A stretch of DNA of 32,000 nt from Anaerobacillus sp. (GTDB lineage Bacteria > Bacillota > Bacilli > Bacillales > Anaerobacillaceae): contig JAKFDP010000064.1 in NCBI GenBank assembly GCA_036676095.1, positions 1 through 32,000 of the forward strand, in the 5' to 3' direction. The position numbers and the translations under genes were made by a program. The number at the start of each line of letters is the position of its first letter. The first letter of the stretch is position 1. Positions 7,720 through 16,730 of the stretch are shown here, in pieces. The notes below the pieces were generated by a model that did no database searches, was not told the origin of the DNA, and saw only the letters and a program-made list of their open reading frames with translations.

Positions 7720-8256
7720 ATGGAACAAATTTTTGAAGGGAATATTTTGTTTAAAACTTATTATAACGATGTATTTCGTGCTTGTTATTATATGGTGAAA
7801 AATTCACATGACGCTGAAGACCTTTGTCAAGATGTATTTGCAAAAGCACTTTGCGAAGAGTTTTATAAAATTGAAAATCAAAAGTCATGGCTTCTAAGTA
7901 TTGCAATGAATATGTCTCGGAATTATTTAAAAAAGAAACGAAGAACATCGTTAATAGGAAAAATACAGAGTCTTTCATTTAAATTAATAGACGATTCACA
8001 AAACATTGAGGATGAAATATTGCAAAGAGAATCAACAAGTATGTTTGCTGAAATTATGAATCAACTACCTGTGCATATTCGAATGGTAATGATATTTAAG
8101 TATGTTTATGAATTTAAAGATAAGGAGATTGCGGAAGTTTTGAAAATACCTATAGGTACGGTAAAATCTAGAAATTTTAAAGGTAAGAAAATCGTTAAAC
8201 AATTTACTCATTTAAATGAAACGAAAATCTTAAAATGGGGTGATATTGTTGAATAA
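7720..8256 (+). CDS. ECF-type RNA polymerase sigma-70 family factor
   Basis: Region 2 is DAEDLCQDVFAKA..SWLLSIAMNMSRNYLKKKRR. Region 4 is ..KDKEIAEVLKIPIGTVKSRNFKGKK. A GGGGGG RBS is present. Confidence 0.85.
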   Translation: MEQIFEGNILFKTYYNDVFRACYYMVKNSHDAEDLCQDVFAKALCEEFYKIENQKSWLLSIAMNMSRNYLKKKRRTSLIGKIQSLSFKLIDDSQNIEDEILQRESTSMFAEIMNQLPVHIRMVMIFKYVYEFKDKEIAEVLKIPIGTVKSRNFKGKKIVKQFTHLNETKILKWGDIVE

Positions 8257-9868
8257 AGTTAATGATTTTTTAAAGAATTATGCTAATAATGATGATGTCA
8301 AAATTCCAAATGAAGATTATATGTGGAATAAGATACTAATAAAGAAGGAGCAAATAAAAACAAATAAAGTCAAATCTACTTACTTTCGAAAGCCAAATCT
8401 CATGATATCAATGATCGTTTTGACTATTTTTATAACAGCTACACCAGTATTAGCAAAGTATTCAAGTGAGATTATAGATTGGCTTCGAATTACAAATCGA
8501 TCTGGAATTGTAACTTCTCTTGAGAATGGGTTTGGACAACCAATAAATATTGTAACTAACAATCGGCTTGGAGCATTAGAAATCCAGAACATTGTAACAG
8601 ATCATAACGGCACAAATATTCTTTTTAGTTTAAGCATTGATAATTTAGAAACAAATAATATTGTTGAGTTTGATAGGGCAATAATAGAAATTGACGATAA
8701 GAAAAAAATAGATGCAGAGGTAGTAACGTCATTAAAGGATAAATCAAACAAATTAATAGGATATATACACACAGAAGAGCAAATTCCTGCAAATAGTAAA
8801 GTAGCTGTTAAACTTGGTGGAATAAAAGAGCTTCAATTAAAAGAAAAAGAAATTAGAGAATTTGAACAATTGCCTTTTAAGCTAGGTAATATACCGGTTG
8901 AACAAAATGGTATCTCTAATATAGAAATCATTTCAAGTGAGTATATTGGTAATCAATATCAAATCGATTACCGTATTAACTTTGATGAATCAAATAAAGT
9001 TGAGCATGCTCGTCTTAAGTTTAGACTTGATGGAGAATTAGTTACAAGTTTTGCAACAGGTTTTAAACGCCCCCAGGTAAATGTTTCCCATCAGAGAGAG
9101 ACGTTAAATATTGTAGAAGATAAAGTTTATGAACTAGTTGCAAGTTTACAATATTATCATATGGTTGAATATCATCCCGATTTATGGTCATTTTCTTTTG
9201 ATTATGATAGGGACCTTGCAAAAAGAGCTTCTTATGTAATTGATGTGAATAAAAACGTAAACTTTGGCAGAGAACAATATCAGTTTGAAAAGTTAGTTAT
9301 TACACCTAGCAAAATTAAATTACATTATGAGAAAAAAATGATTGAACAAGGAAATGTCCAAGTTATCAATTACAACAATATAATATTACAAATAGGCGAA
9401 CAAAAACTGGAAGGATATAATACAATAGATGGGTATTTTTCATTTGAAACAAACGATATATTTAAAAATATAGAAAATGAAAAAATGTCACTTTTATTAA
9501 TGGATGCACGGGTAACATATAGAGGAAGTCAGCATGACAAAGTCATGCTAACCAACATTTCAAATGTTCCTCAAACTATAAAAACAAAAGTTCATGATTA
9601 CCTAGTGGATATAACGTATTATAAAAAAGATCATAATTTGATTTTTATTTCTCAAAGTAAAGACAAACAATTTGGTGGCGTTGCTCAAAGTGTCATTTAC
9701 CAAGAAAACATACGCATTTTTTCAAAAAGTCGTTCTAATGAAGGTTTAAACAAAAAAATTAATAAACAAATTGAGGTATTTCCAAATATAGATGACACCG
9801 ACGTTACTGTAAATTTATTTTTTTATTCAGTGTATGAAGAAGGACAAAAAGCTATTGTTCTTAATTAG
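8240..9868 (+). CDS. Putative anti-sigma factor: single-pass membrane protein with a large extracytoplasmic domain (DUF4179-like architecture)
   Basis: The gene overlaps the sigma gene by 17 nt. It has a short cytoplasmic N-terminus, one TM (LMISMIVLTIFITATPVLA) and about 470 aa outside. The start could be GTG 8240 or a TTG at 8246/8249. Confidence 0.55.
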   Translation: MILLNKVNDFLKNYANNDDVKIPNEDYMWNKILIKKEQIKTNKVKSTYFRKPNLMISMIVLTIFITATPVLAKYSSEIIDWLRITNRSGIVTSLENGFGQPINIVTNNRLGALEIQNIVTDHNGTNILFSLSIDNLETNNIVEFDRAIIEIDDKKKIDAEVVTSLKDKSNKLIGYIHTEEQIPANSKVAVKLGGIKELQLKEKEIREFEQLPFKLGNIPVEQNGISNIEIISSEYIGNQYQIDYRINFDESNKVEHARLKFRLDGELVTSFATGFKRPQVNVSHQRETLNIVEDKVYELVASLQYYHMVEYHPDLWSFSFDYDRDLAKRASYVIDVNKNVNFGREQYQFEKLVITPSKIKLHYEKKMIEQGNVQVINYNNIILQIGEQKLEGYNTIDGYFSFETNDIFKNIENEKMSLLLMDARVTYRGSQHDKVMLTNISNVPQTIKTKVHDYLVDITYYKKDHNLIFISQSKDKQFGGVAQSVIYQENIRIFSKSRSNEGLNKKINKQIEVFPNIDDTDVTVNLFFYSVYEEGQKAIVLN

Positions 9869-10003
9869 GAGAAGGTGTCTCAAAAGAAATCTTTTAGATC
9901 CACTTTTGATAAAAATCACAGTTAAACACGAAACCCCGCACCACTTTTATAGGTGATGTGGGGTTATACATTTAGTCTAATTTGTTCTCTATACCTCCTC
10001 CAA

Positions 10004-10061
10004 TTGACACAAACAAACTAAAACTATATAATTCTACTTGTAAGTTAGTTTTAGTTTGTTT
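10004..10061 (+). promoter_or_regulatory. modA promoter (TTGACA-17-TATAAT) bracketed by a 16-bp perfect inverted repeat, a candidate molybdate-regulator operator
   Basis: TTGACA lies at 10004-10009 and TATAAT at 10027-10032. AAACAAACTAAAACTA (10011-10026, filling the promoter spacer) is the exact reverse complement of TAGTTTTAGTTTGTTT (10046-10061). The right arm continues into reiterated TTAGTT units up to 10073. Confidence 0.6.
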
Positions 10062-10090
10062 TAGTTAGTTTTATTTAGGGGGAGAAAGTG

Positions 10091-10921
10091 ATGAAGAAAA
10101 TTTATTTAATGATTGTCACATTATTTTTAGTAGTATTCCTTGCGGCATGTGGGAACACGAGCAGCACACCAGAAAAAACACAAACAAATGAAATGGAACA
10201 ACCGAGTCAAACAGAAGAACAGGAACAAGTAGAACTGACGATTTCAGCAGCTGCTAGTTTAACGGACGTATTGGAAGTAATTAAGCAAAAATATGCTGAG
10301 GAACATCCTAATGTTACAATCAATGTAAATCTAGGACCATCTGGGCAACTTCAGCAGCAAATTGAACAAGGTGCGCCAGCAGATGTGTTTATTTCAGCAG
10401 CACAGAAACAAATGAATGCGTTAGAGGAAAAAGATTTAATTGTACCAGAAACGCGAGTAGATATTTTAAGTAATGAACTTGTTTTAATTGCTCCTACAAA
10501 TTCAACTACAATTAATAGCTTTGAGGATTTAAAAGATCCAGCTGTAAAGCATATCGGAATAGGTAATCCTGAATCTGTACCTGCCGGTGAATATGCGCAG
10601 GAAGTTTTACAGAATATGAATCTTTGGGACGTTTTGTCATCGAAATTGGTCGAAGGACAAAATGTGCGAGCTGTATTGTCTTTCGTTGAAACTGGGAATG
10701 CAGAAGCTGGGTTTGTTTATAGCTCTGATACGGTAGTTTCTGACAAAGTAAAAATTATTGCAGCTGCTCCAGAAGGATCAGCGTCTCCGATTGTTTATCC
10801 AGCAGCAGTTGTTAAAGGAACAAAACAAGTTGATGCTGCCAAAGATTTTGTCCAATTTCTGCAAGCTGATACGGCAATTGAGACATTTGAACAGTTTGGC
10901 TTTAAAAAAGTTGTAAAGTAA
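10091..10921 (+). CDS. modA: Molybdate ABC transporter substrate-binding lipoprotein
   Basis: The lipobox is LAAC. ModA-like motifs are ISAAASLTDV and GAPADVFISAA. The gene is followed by modB and modC. AGGGGGAG lies 6 nt before ATG 10091; the ORF track uses GTG 10088. Confidence 0.85.
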   Translation: MKKIYLMIVTLFLVVFLAACGNTSSTPEKTQTNEMEQPSQTEEQEQVELTISAAASLTDVLEVIKQKYAEEHPNVTINVNLGPSGQLQQQIEQGAPADVFISAAQKQMNALEEKDLIVPETRVDILSNELVLIAPTNSTTINSFEDLKDPAVKHIGIGNPESVPAGEYAQEVLQNMNLWDVLSSKLVEGQNVRAVLSFVETGNAEAGFVYSSDTVVSDKVKIIAAAPEGSASPIVYPAAVVKGTKQVDAAKDFVQFLQADTAIETFEQFGFKKVVK

Positions 10922-11006
10922 TTTAACGATTTTTTATTATAGTAACATTGTTTTTTCTTTACTAAATTTGATATATTTTTATATAGTCAGTTTGGAGGGG
11001 ATATAG

Positions 11007-11690
11007 ATGATTGATTTTACCCCTTTATGGATATCTATGAAAACGGCTATTACTGCAACGGTCATCACTTTCTTTTTAGGGATGGCCGTTGCTTATTGGA
11101 TGGCCCACTATCAAGGTCGTTTAAAAGGGATAATTGATGGAATACTCATTTTGCCAATGGTCTTACCGCCAACAGTTGTTGGCTTTATCTTATTGTTAAT
11201 TTTCGGTAAAAATGGATTTATTGGCAAGATATTAAGTAATTTTGATATTACAATAGTCTTTACTTGGTGGGCTACAGTCATTGCTGCAACCGTCGTCGCT
11301 TTTCCGTTAATGTATAAAACAGCAAGAGGAGCGTTTGAACAAATTGAGCTTTCGTATATTGAAGCTGCACGCACGCTTGGGTATCATGATTGGCACATTT
11401 TTTGGAAGGTAGTGCTGCCTTTGTCGTGGCCCGGAATTGCTGCCGGAACAATTCTTGCTTTTGCTAGAGCTTTAGGTGAGTTTGGCGCAACGCTTATGCT
11501 TGCAGGAAGTATTCCTGGAAAAACACAAACAGTACCGATTGCGATTTATTTTGCTTCGGAAGGCGGCAATATGGATCATGCATTCATCTGGGTAATTATT
11601 ATTATTACAATTTCATTGCTTGTTGTTGTCTTATCTAATCTTTGGACAAATAAACGCTATTCAGCTGTTGGGCGCATAAGGGGGGACTAA
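11007..11690 (+). CDS. modB: Molybdate ABC transporter permease
   Basis: Six TM segments are present, with the EAA loop (YIEAARTLGYHDWHIFWKVVLP) typical of ModB/CysTW-type permeases. Confidence 0.85.
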   Translation: MIDFTPLWISMKTAITATVITFFLGMAVAYWMAHYQGRLKGIIDGILILPMVLPPTVVGFILLLIFGKNGFIGKILSNFDITIVFTWWATVIAATVVAFPLMYKTARGAFEQIELSYIEAARTLGYHDWHIFWKVVLPLSWPGIAAGTILAFARALGEFGATLMLAGSIPGKTQTVPIAIYFASEGGNMDHAFIWVIIIITISLLVVVLSNLWTNKRYSAVGRIRGD

Positions 11691-11693
11691 CCG

Positions 11694-12821
11694 ATGAAAC
11701 TAATGGTTAATCTCGAGAAAGGCTTTGGGGATTTTACACTAAAAACCGATTTTCAAGCAGGCGGTGAAACATTTGGCATCCTTGGGGCATCTGGTTCAGG
11801 CAAAAGTATCACCCTTCGTTGTATTGCAGGACTTACGACACCTACAAAAGGCAAAATTATTTTAAATGATCGTGTCTTATTCGATTCCGAAAAAAAAATT
11901 AATGTTCCAGCGCGTAAGCGAAATATTGGCTACTTATTTCAAAACTACGCTCTTTTTCCCCATTTGACGGTTGAGCAAAATATTGCTTTTGGCATTCGTC
12001 ATTTAGCGAAAAAGGAACAACAAATAAAAATTGACGACATGCTAGAAATGATCCAGTTGAAAGATCTCGGTAAAAGGTATCCGCATCAATTATCAGGCGG
12101 TCAGCAGCAAAGAGTTGCTCTAGCACGAGCATTAGTCACAAACCCAGAGGCATTGCTGCTAGACGAACCTTTTTCCGCTTTAGATAATCATCTTCGCAGA
12201 CATATGGAACAAGAGCTAATTGAAATACTGAAAGCGTATAAAGGAGTTACTTTATTTGTCACTCATAATCTTGAGGAGGTTTACCGTGTTAGTAAGCGGA
12301 TAATGATTATGGATCGCGGTAAAGTCATTGCCAATCAAGAACGTGATACTATTTTTTTAAACCCGCCAACTTTTATGGCTGCTAAGCTTACAGGGTGCAA
12401 AAATTTAGCGAAAGTAAAAATCCTTGATAGTGCAAATAATGATCAAGCTCCTGAAAATTTCTATTGTATTGAAGCGATTGAATGGGGCAATGCGACTTTA
12501 CAAGTTCCAACAAGAAAGCTGGAGCATCATTTTTTGGACAAAACTAAACTAGCTTATGTTGGGATCCGAGCCCACCATATTCAATTTGTTTCTGAGGAAT
12601 ATTGTAAGGAGCCAAATGTGTACCCTTGTAGATTACTATCATTTGAAGAAGGACCACATCAAATTACCGCCTATATTCAAATTAACGATCTGAACTTAAG
12701 CTCTGATAAAGTTCATCTTCAGGTAATAATTTATAAAGAACACTGGAATATGAAAATAAACAAAGATACGAACTTATATGTACATTTACCTCCTGAGCGG
12801 CTATTTTTAACTACTATTTAA
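11694..12821 (+). CDS. modC: ABC transporter ATP-binding protein (molybdate/sulfate-type, with a roughly 140-aa C-terminal extension)
   Basis: Walker A is GASGSGKS, the signature is LSGGQQQRV and Walker B is LLLDEPFS. The gene starts 3 nt after modB. Confidence 0.8.
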   Translation: MKLMVNLEKGFGDFTLKTDFQAGGETFGILGASGSGKSITLRCIAGLTTPTKGKIILNDRVLFDSEKKINVPARKRNIGYLFQNYALFPHLTVEQNIAFGIRHLAKKEQQIKIDDMLEMIQLKDLGKRYPHQLSGGQQQRVALARALVTNPEALLLDEPFSALDNHLRRHMEQELIEILKAYKGVTLFVTHNLEEVYRVSKRIMIMDRGKVIANQERDTIFLNPPTFMAAKLTGCKNLAKVKILDSANNDQAPENFYCIEAIEWGNATLQVPTRKLEHHFLDKTKLAYVGIRAHHIQFVSEEYCKEPNVYPCRLLSFEEGPHQITAYIQINDLNLSSDKVHLQVIIYKEHWNMKINKDTNLYVHLPPERLFLTTI

Positions 12822-12896
12822 TTAAGATAAATAAAGCGATCACAATATGTTATAATTAAGAGAATAAAGAAAGCCAAGGAGAAAAGAGGTGATCGC

Positions 12897-13844
12897 TTGT
12901 CGGATAATGTTTCTTACACCCCAGAGGAAGTTGCAAAAATCCTAAAAATATCACGTTATACCGTTTATGAGATGATCAAAAGGGGCGAACTCCAAGCTTA
13001 TCGAATTGGTCGGAAGATGCGAATTGAGGAAAGCGATTTAGAGGTTTATAAGCAAAAAAGAAAAGGTTCGGCAACAGTACATAGGTTAACTGACCAAGCT
13101 ATAGTAGAAAGACCATCGCCTTCAATTCAAGCACCAAATGAAGGCTTTATTATATGTGGTCAAGATATCGTCTTAGACATTTTAACTCGCCACTTAGATA
13201 GTCGAGTTAAAAATGTACCTATTTTACGTAATTATGTTGGTAGTTTTAGCGGATTGCTAGCTATGTATCACGGCAAGGCCAATATCGCAACAGGTCATTT
13301 ATGGGCTGGTGATTTAAATGACTATAATGTTCCTTATGTTCGAAGGTTATTGCCGGGTATCAATGCCGTAGTCATTAATCTTGTCTTTCGTATGGCCGGT
13401 TTTTATGTTCATAAGGACAATCCGAAGAAAATTACCGATTGGCAAGATTTAATTAAACAAGATGTTCGCTTTATCAATCGCGAAAGGGGCTGCGGAGCTA
13501 GAGTTCTACTCGATGAACAGTTAAAGAAACATGCAATTGACCGAAAACTGATAAACGGGTATGAACAAGAAGAAATGAGTCACTTGGCGATCGCAAGCGC
13601 TGTTGCCCGAGGTGACGCCGATGTTGGCGTCGGTATTGAGAAGGTAGCAATGCAAGTTCAAGGAATAGAGTTCATTCCGTTGCAGAAGGAACGCTACGAT
13701 ATGATTATTCGCGAAGAAGAGTTAGAAAAACCGCATTTTCAAGCATTGCTATCAGTTATTCGCTCCAAAGCTTTTAAACAAGAAGTTGTCGGTATGGGCC
13801 ACTATGATGTATCAAACATGGGAGAAATTATCGCCAAGGTGTAA
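12897..13844 (+). CDS. HTH (excisionase/MerR-like) plus periplasmic-binding-protein-like domain regulator, YvgK-type putative molybdate-responsive regulator
   Basis: The N-terminal motif YTPEEVAKILKISRYTVYEMIKRGELQAYRIGRKMRI is an excisionase-family HTH. The C-terminal roughly 230 aa has a PBP-like fold. In B. subtilis, yvgK occupies a position next to yvgLM (modAB). Confidence 0.65.
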   Translation: MSDNVSYTPEEVAKILKISRYTVYEMIKRGELQAYRIGRKMRIEESDLEVYKQKRKGSATVHRLTDQAIVERPSPSIQAPNEGFIICGQDIVLDILTRHLDSRVKNVPILRNYVGSFSGLLAMYHGKANIATGHLWAGDLNDYNVPYVRRLLPGINAVVINLVFRMAGFYVHKDNPKKITDWQDLIKQDVRFINRERGCGARVLLDEQLKKHAIDRKLINGYEQEEMSHLAIASAVARGDADVGVGIEKVAMQVQGIEFIPLQKERYDMIIREEELEKPHFQALLSVIRSKAFKQEVVGMGHYDVSNMGEIIAKV

Positions 13845-14064
13845 ATGTATAAATTCCGAGGGTATCACTAAAAGTAAGCTTTTGGTGGTACTCTCTTAAT
13901 GAGCTTCAAGCCATTCTTGCTCCGTTTTTAATTCTATTATTTTAACCACTCGATTTTTTACCATTTTATCAACTCATTTTGAAGTTATTGTAAATAATTT
14001 GGTATAATCAAAGGTATTAGATTTAATAAATTTAATGGTACCAATAGAGGATAGAGGGGTAGCA

Positions 14065-15468
14065 ATGCTAGAAATTACGCCTAATTTAGATGATAAAAGT
14101 AGAAAACCACTATACATTCAGCTCTCAGACTATTTTAAAAAGGAAATTACAGATGGAAATATAAAATCTAAGGAGAAATTACCACCCAAAAGAATGTTGG
14201 CGAGCTACTTAGGTTTGAGCATTAATACGATTCAAGCTGCTTTTGATCAGTTGTGTGCAGAGGGATACGTTGAAAGTAAACCGCGTAAAGGGTTATATGT
14301 TAAAGCAATCGAAGACAAAATTTTCTCTAAGCAAACAGATGCACCTAAATTTGTAGAAAACGTAGTAAAAGAAAAAAAGCAAGTTAAAATCGACTTTAAC
14401 TCTGGTAAAGTTGACTTAGAACATTTTCCATATAATGTATGGCGAAAGTTGACAACTGAATCCTTGTATACTGATCGAAGTAAGCTATTCAATATGGGCG
14501 ATCCTCAAGGAGAGCGCTGTCTTCGTGAAGTCATCACAAACTATTTATACGAATCAAGAGGTGTACGATGTACCGCTGATCAAATCGTCATTGGAGCAGG
14601 TACACAACTATTAATTGGCTTTCTTTGTGTATTATTTGGGAGAGAACATACATATGCACTTGAAAATCCAGGCTTTCATCGTACAAGAGTAGTCTTAAAA
14701 GACCAGGGGGTAAAGATTCGTTCGATTTCACTTGATGAAGATGGTATTTCTGTAAATCAGCTAGAAGCAAGCGATGCAACAATTGTTTATGTAACGCCAT
14801 CACATCAATTCCCTTGTGGAATGGTTATGCCCATCTCAAGAAGGTTAGAATTGTTAAAATGGGCCGAGGAAAGAGCAGCATTTATTATCGAAGATGACTA
14901 TGACGGCGAATTTCGTTATAAAGGAAAACCGATTCCTTCATTGCAAGGATTAGACACGAACGGTACGGTTATCTACTTAGGAACGTTTTCAAAGTCTTTG
15001 ATCCCGTCGCTTCGCATTAGCTACCTTGTTCTGCCTACAACTTTAATGAAGAAATATCAGCAAAAATTAACCATTTATAAACAAACGGTTTCCCGTCTTC
15101 ATCAAGAAACATTATTTCATTTTATGGATCAAGGCCATTGGCAAAGACATTTAAATAAAATGAGAACCCTTTACCGTAAAAAACAATTCGCCTTACTAGA
15201 AGCTATTAAAAAATATTTAGGCGATCAAGTGAAAGTAATTGGTGAAAAATCGGGATTACATATTCTTATTAAAGTACAAAACGGAATGTCCGAAGCGGAG
15301 TTAATTGCTAAGGCTGAAGAGATGAATGTAAAGGTATATCCTACATCAATATATTACGAACACCCCAATCCTACGAACACGCCTGAAATTTTATTAGGTT
15401 ACGGAGGTTTACAGCAAACCGAAATCGAAGAAGGAATTCGCTTATTAAAAGAAGGATGGAATTTATAA
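14065..15468 (+). CDS. MocR/GabR-type regulator: GntR-family winged HTH fused to a fold-type I PLP aminotransferase-like domain
   Basis: The N-terminal motif is KLPPKRMLASYLGLSINTIQAAFDQLCAEGYV. The C-terminal motifs are ..YVTPSHQFPCGMVMP.. and ..YLGTFSKSLIPSLRISY (the SK lysine motif). GAGGGG lies 5 nt before ATG 14065; the ORF-track ATG at 14035 lacks an RBS. Confidence 0.85.
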   Translation: MLEITPNLDDKSRKPLYIQLSDYFKKEITDGNIKSKEKLPPKRMLASYLGLSINTIQAAFDQLCAEGYVESKPRKGLYVKAIEDKIFSKQTDAPKFVENVVKEKKQVKIDFNSGKVDLEHFPYNVWRKLTTESLYTDRSKLFNMGDPQGERCLREVITNYLYESRGVRCTADQIVIGAGTQLLIGFLCVLFGREHTYALENPGFHRTRVVLKDQGVKIRSISLDEDGISVNQLEASDATIVYVTPSHQFPCGMVMPISRRLELLKWAEERAAFIIEDDYDGEFRYKGKPIPSLQGLDTNGTVIYLGTFSKSLIPSLRISYLVLPTTLMKKYQQKLTIYKQTVSRLHQETLFHFMDQGHWQRHLNKMRTLYRKKQFALLEAIKKYLGDQVKVIGEKSGLHILIKVQNGMSEAELIAKAEEMNVKVYPTSIYYEHPNPTNTPEILLGYGGLQQTEIEEGIRLLKEGWNL

Positions 15469-15510
15469 TAAAAACAGTAAATCTTGAAAGTGGAATGATG
15501 AAGAGTTAAC

Positions 15511-15561
15511 GGCTACGGATGTACAAATCAGTTCTGTTGTACATCCGTAGCCATTTGTTTT
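15511..15561 (+). terminator. Rho-independent terminator after the MocR gene
   Basis: GGCTACGGATGTACAA-loop-TGTACATCCGTAGCC is followed by ATTTGTTTT. Confidence 0.8.
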
Positions 15562-15711
15562 ATGAACAGGATCAACGATCCAATATTCTTTTAATGAATA
15601 TGACAAAGTTTGGGTAACTATCAATATCTATATTGGAAATCTGGTAGAGCAAGGCCTGACAGCAGGGAACAGTAATCTCTGCTATCATTTCATTAATTAG
15701 TATAATAAAGC

Positions 15712-16347
15712 TTATTTCTTAAACGTACTTACTTTTTCAAATGGATAAAATCTAAGAATAACTTTGCCAACGATATTTTCGCAGGGCACAGATCCTATGA
15801 CTCTACTATCAAGACTACCATTTCGATTATCACCCATCACAAAAACGTGATTTTCTGGAACTACAATCGTTTCAAAGGGGAAGGCCATATCTTCTTTTAT
15901 GTAATCTTCTACTAATTCGACACCGTTGCGATACACTTTGCCGTTCTTAAATTCTAACTTATCTCCAGCTTCACCAATGACTCTCTTTATCCAAAGGTTG
16001 TTTTCATCGTCTTCATTTCGCAAAATCATTTTAACAATCGGACTTTCAAAGAAATTATCTTTTACTTTCCTATCTCGATTAACCCGACTGTCTATAATAA
16101 CGATATCGTTATATTGCGGTTCAATTCCTAAAAGATAGCCACTTTTAAAGATCATGACACGATCTCCAACCTTATCTTTATTATCACCATCAATTCCATC
16201 TAGTGTTGGCTCCATAGAACTTCCACTTACTTTAAAAGGTTGAAAAATAAAAGCGCTAACGATGATTGAGATTGATAAGACAAATAAAAGTGTTTTGCTC
16301 CAATCAAAGAGTTCGCTAAGTATTTTTTTATAGTTCATTTTTTTCAC
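15712..16347 (-). CDS. Signal peptidase I (S26 family)
   Basis: The N-terminal TM is followed by the catalytic box SGSSMEPTL, then the Lys box WIKRVIG and GDNRNGSLDSR. Confidence 0.9.
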   Translation of the reverse strand: MKKMNYKKILSELFDWSKTLLFVLSISIIVSAFIFQPFKVSGSSMEPTLDGIDGDNKDKVGDRVMIFKSGYLLGIEPQYNDIVIIDSRVNRDRKVKDNFFESPIVKMILRNEDDENNLWIKRVIGEAGDKLEFKNGKVYRNGVELVEDYIKEDMAFPFETIVVPENHVFVMGDNRNGSLDSRVIGSVPCENIVGKVILRFYPFEKVSTFKK

Positions 16348-16730
16348 TGCCCTTCAAACAATTTCAAATTAAGATATTACGTACACAAGATGTCTAATCT
16401 ACTCATATCTCCATATGTTTAGATTTTACCATATGAAACGAAAAAAGCTTTCACAATTTAGTTAGAGAGAGTAAAAGTAATGAATTAAGATGATTAAGAC
16501 TGAAAATTTTTATGTTTCAAGAGGGTTATTACTTAATTAAACGTTTAATTAATTTTTTCGGGAGTGTGATTGCAATGGCAATCTCAGGAGAAAAAGGAAC
16601 GTCTATCTATAAGAGATGTTTCAGTGCGAATGTTTGAAGTGCTTCACGGACAAATTTATAAAATGAAAATATTATGGTATAGTTAACACAAATAAAAGTT
16701 TTAATCATTAATTCGCTGGAGGAACTTAGC

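Noticed and set aside
7559-7978. ORFs 7559..7798 (+) and 7751..7978 (-)
   Set aside because: The first runs through the methyltransferase terminator and into the ECF sigma gene. The second is antisense to the sigma gene. Neither has an RBS.
8380-8592. 70-aa minus-strand ORF inside the anti-sigma gene
   Set aside because: It is an antisense shadow ORF.
9990-10087. Possible molybdenum-cofactor riboswitch upstream of modA
   Set aside because: The leader is only about 50 nt long and consists of TTAGTT reiterations. It has none of the conserved Moco-motif stems. The inverted repeat spans the transcription start, so it is a DNA operator rather than an RNA element.
11111-12132. Minus-strand ORFs 11111..11374 and 11899..12132
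   Set aside because: They are antisense to modB and modC, which have unambiguous ABC motifs.
14035-14064. Ten-codon N-terminal extension of the MocR ORF, plus antisense ORFs 14247..14492 and 14588..14803
   Set aside because: The ATG at 14035 has no SD, whereas ATG 14065 has GAGGGG at proper spacing. The antisense ORFs lie inside a well-supported gene.
15926-16138. 70-aa plus-strand ORF
   Set aside because: It is antisense to the signal peptidase I gene.
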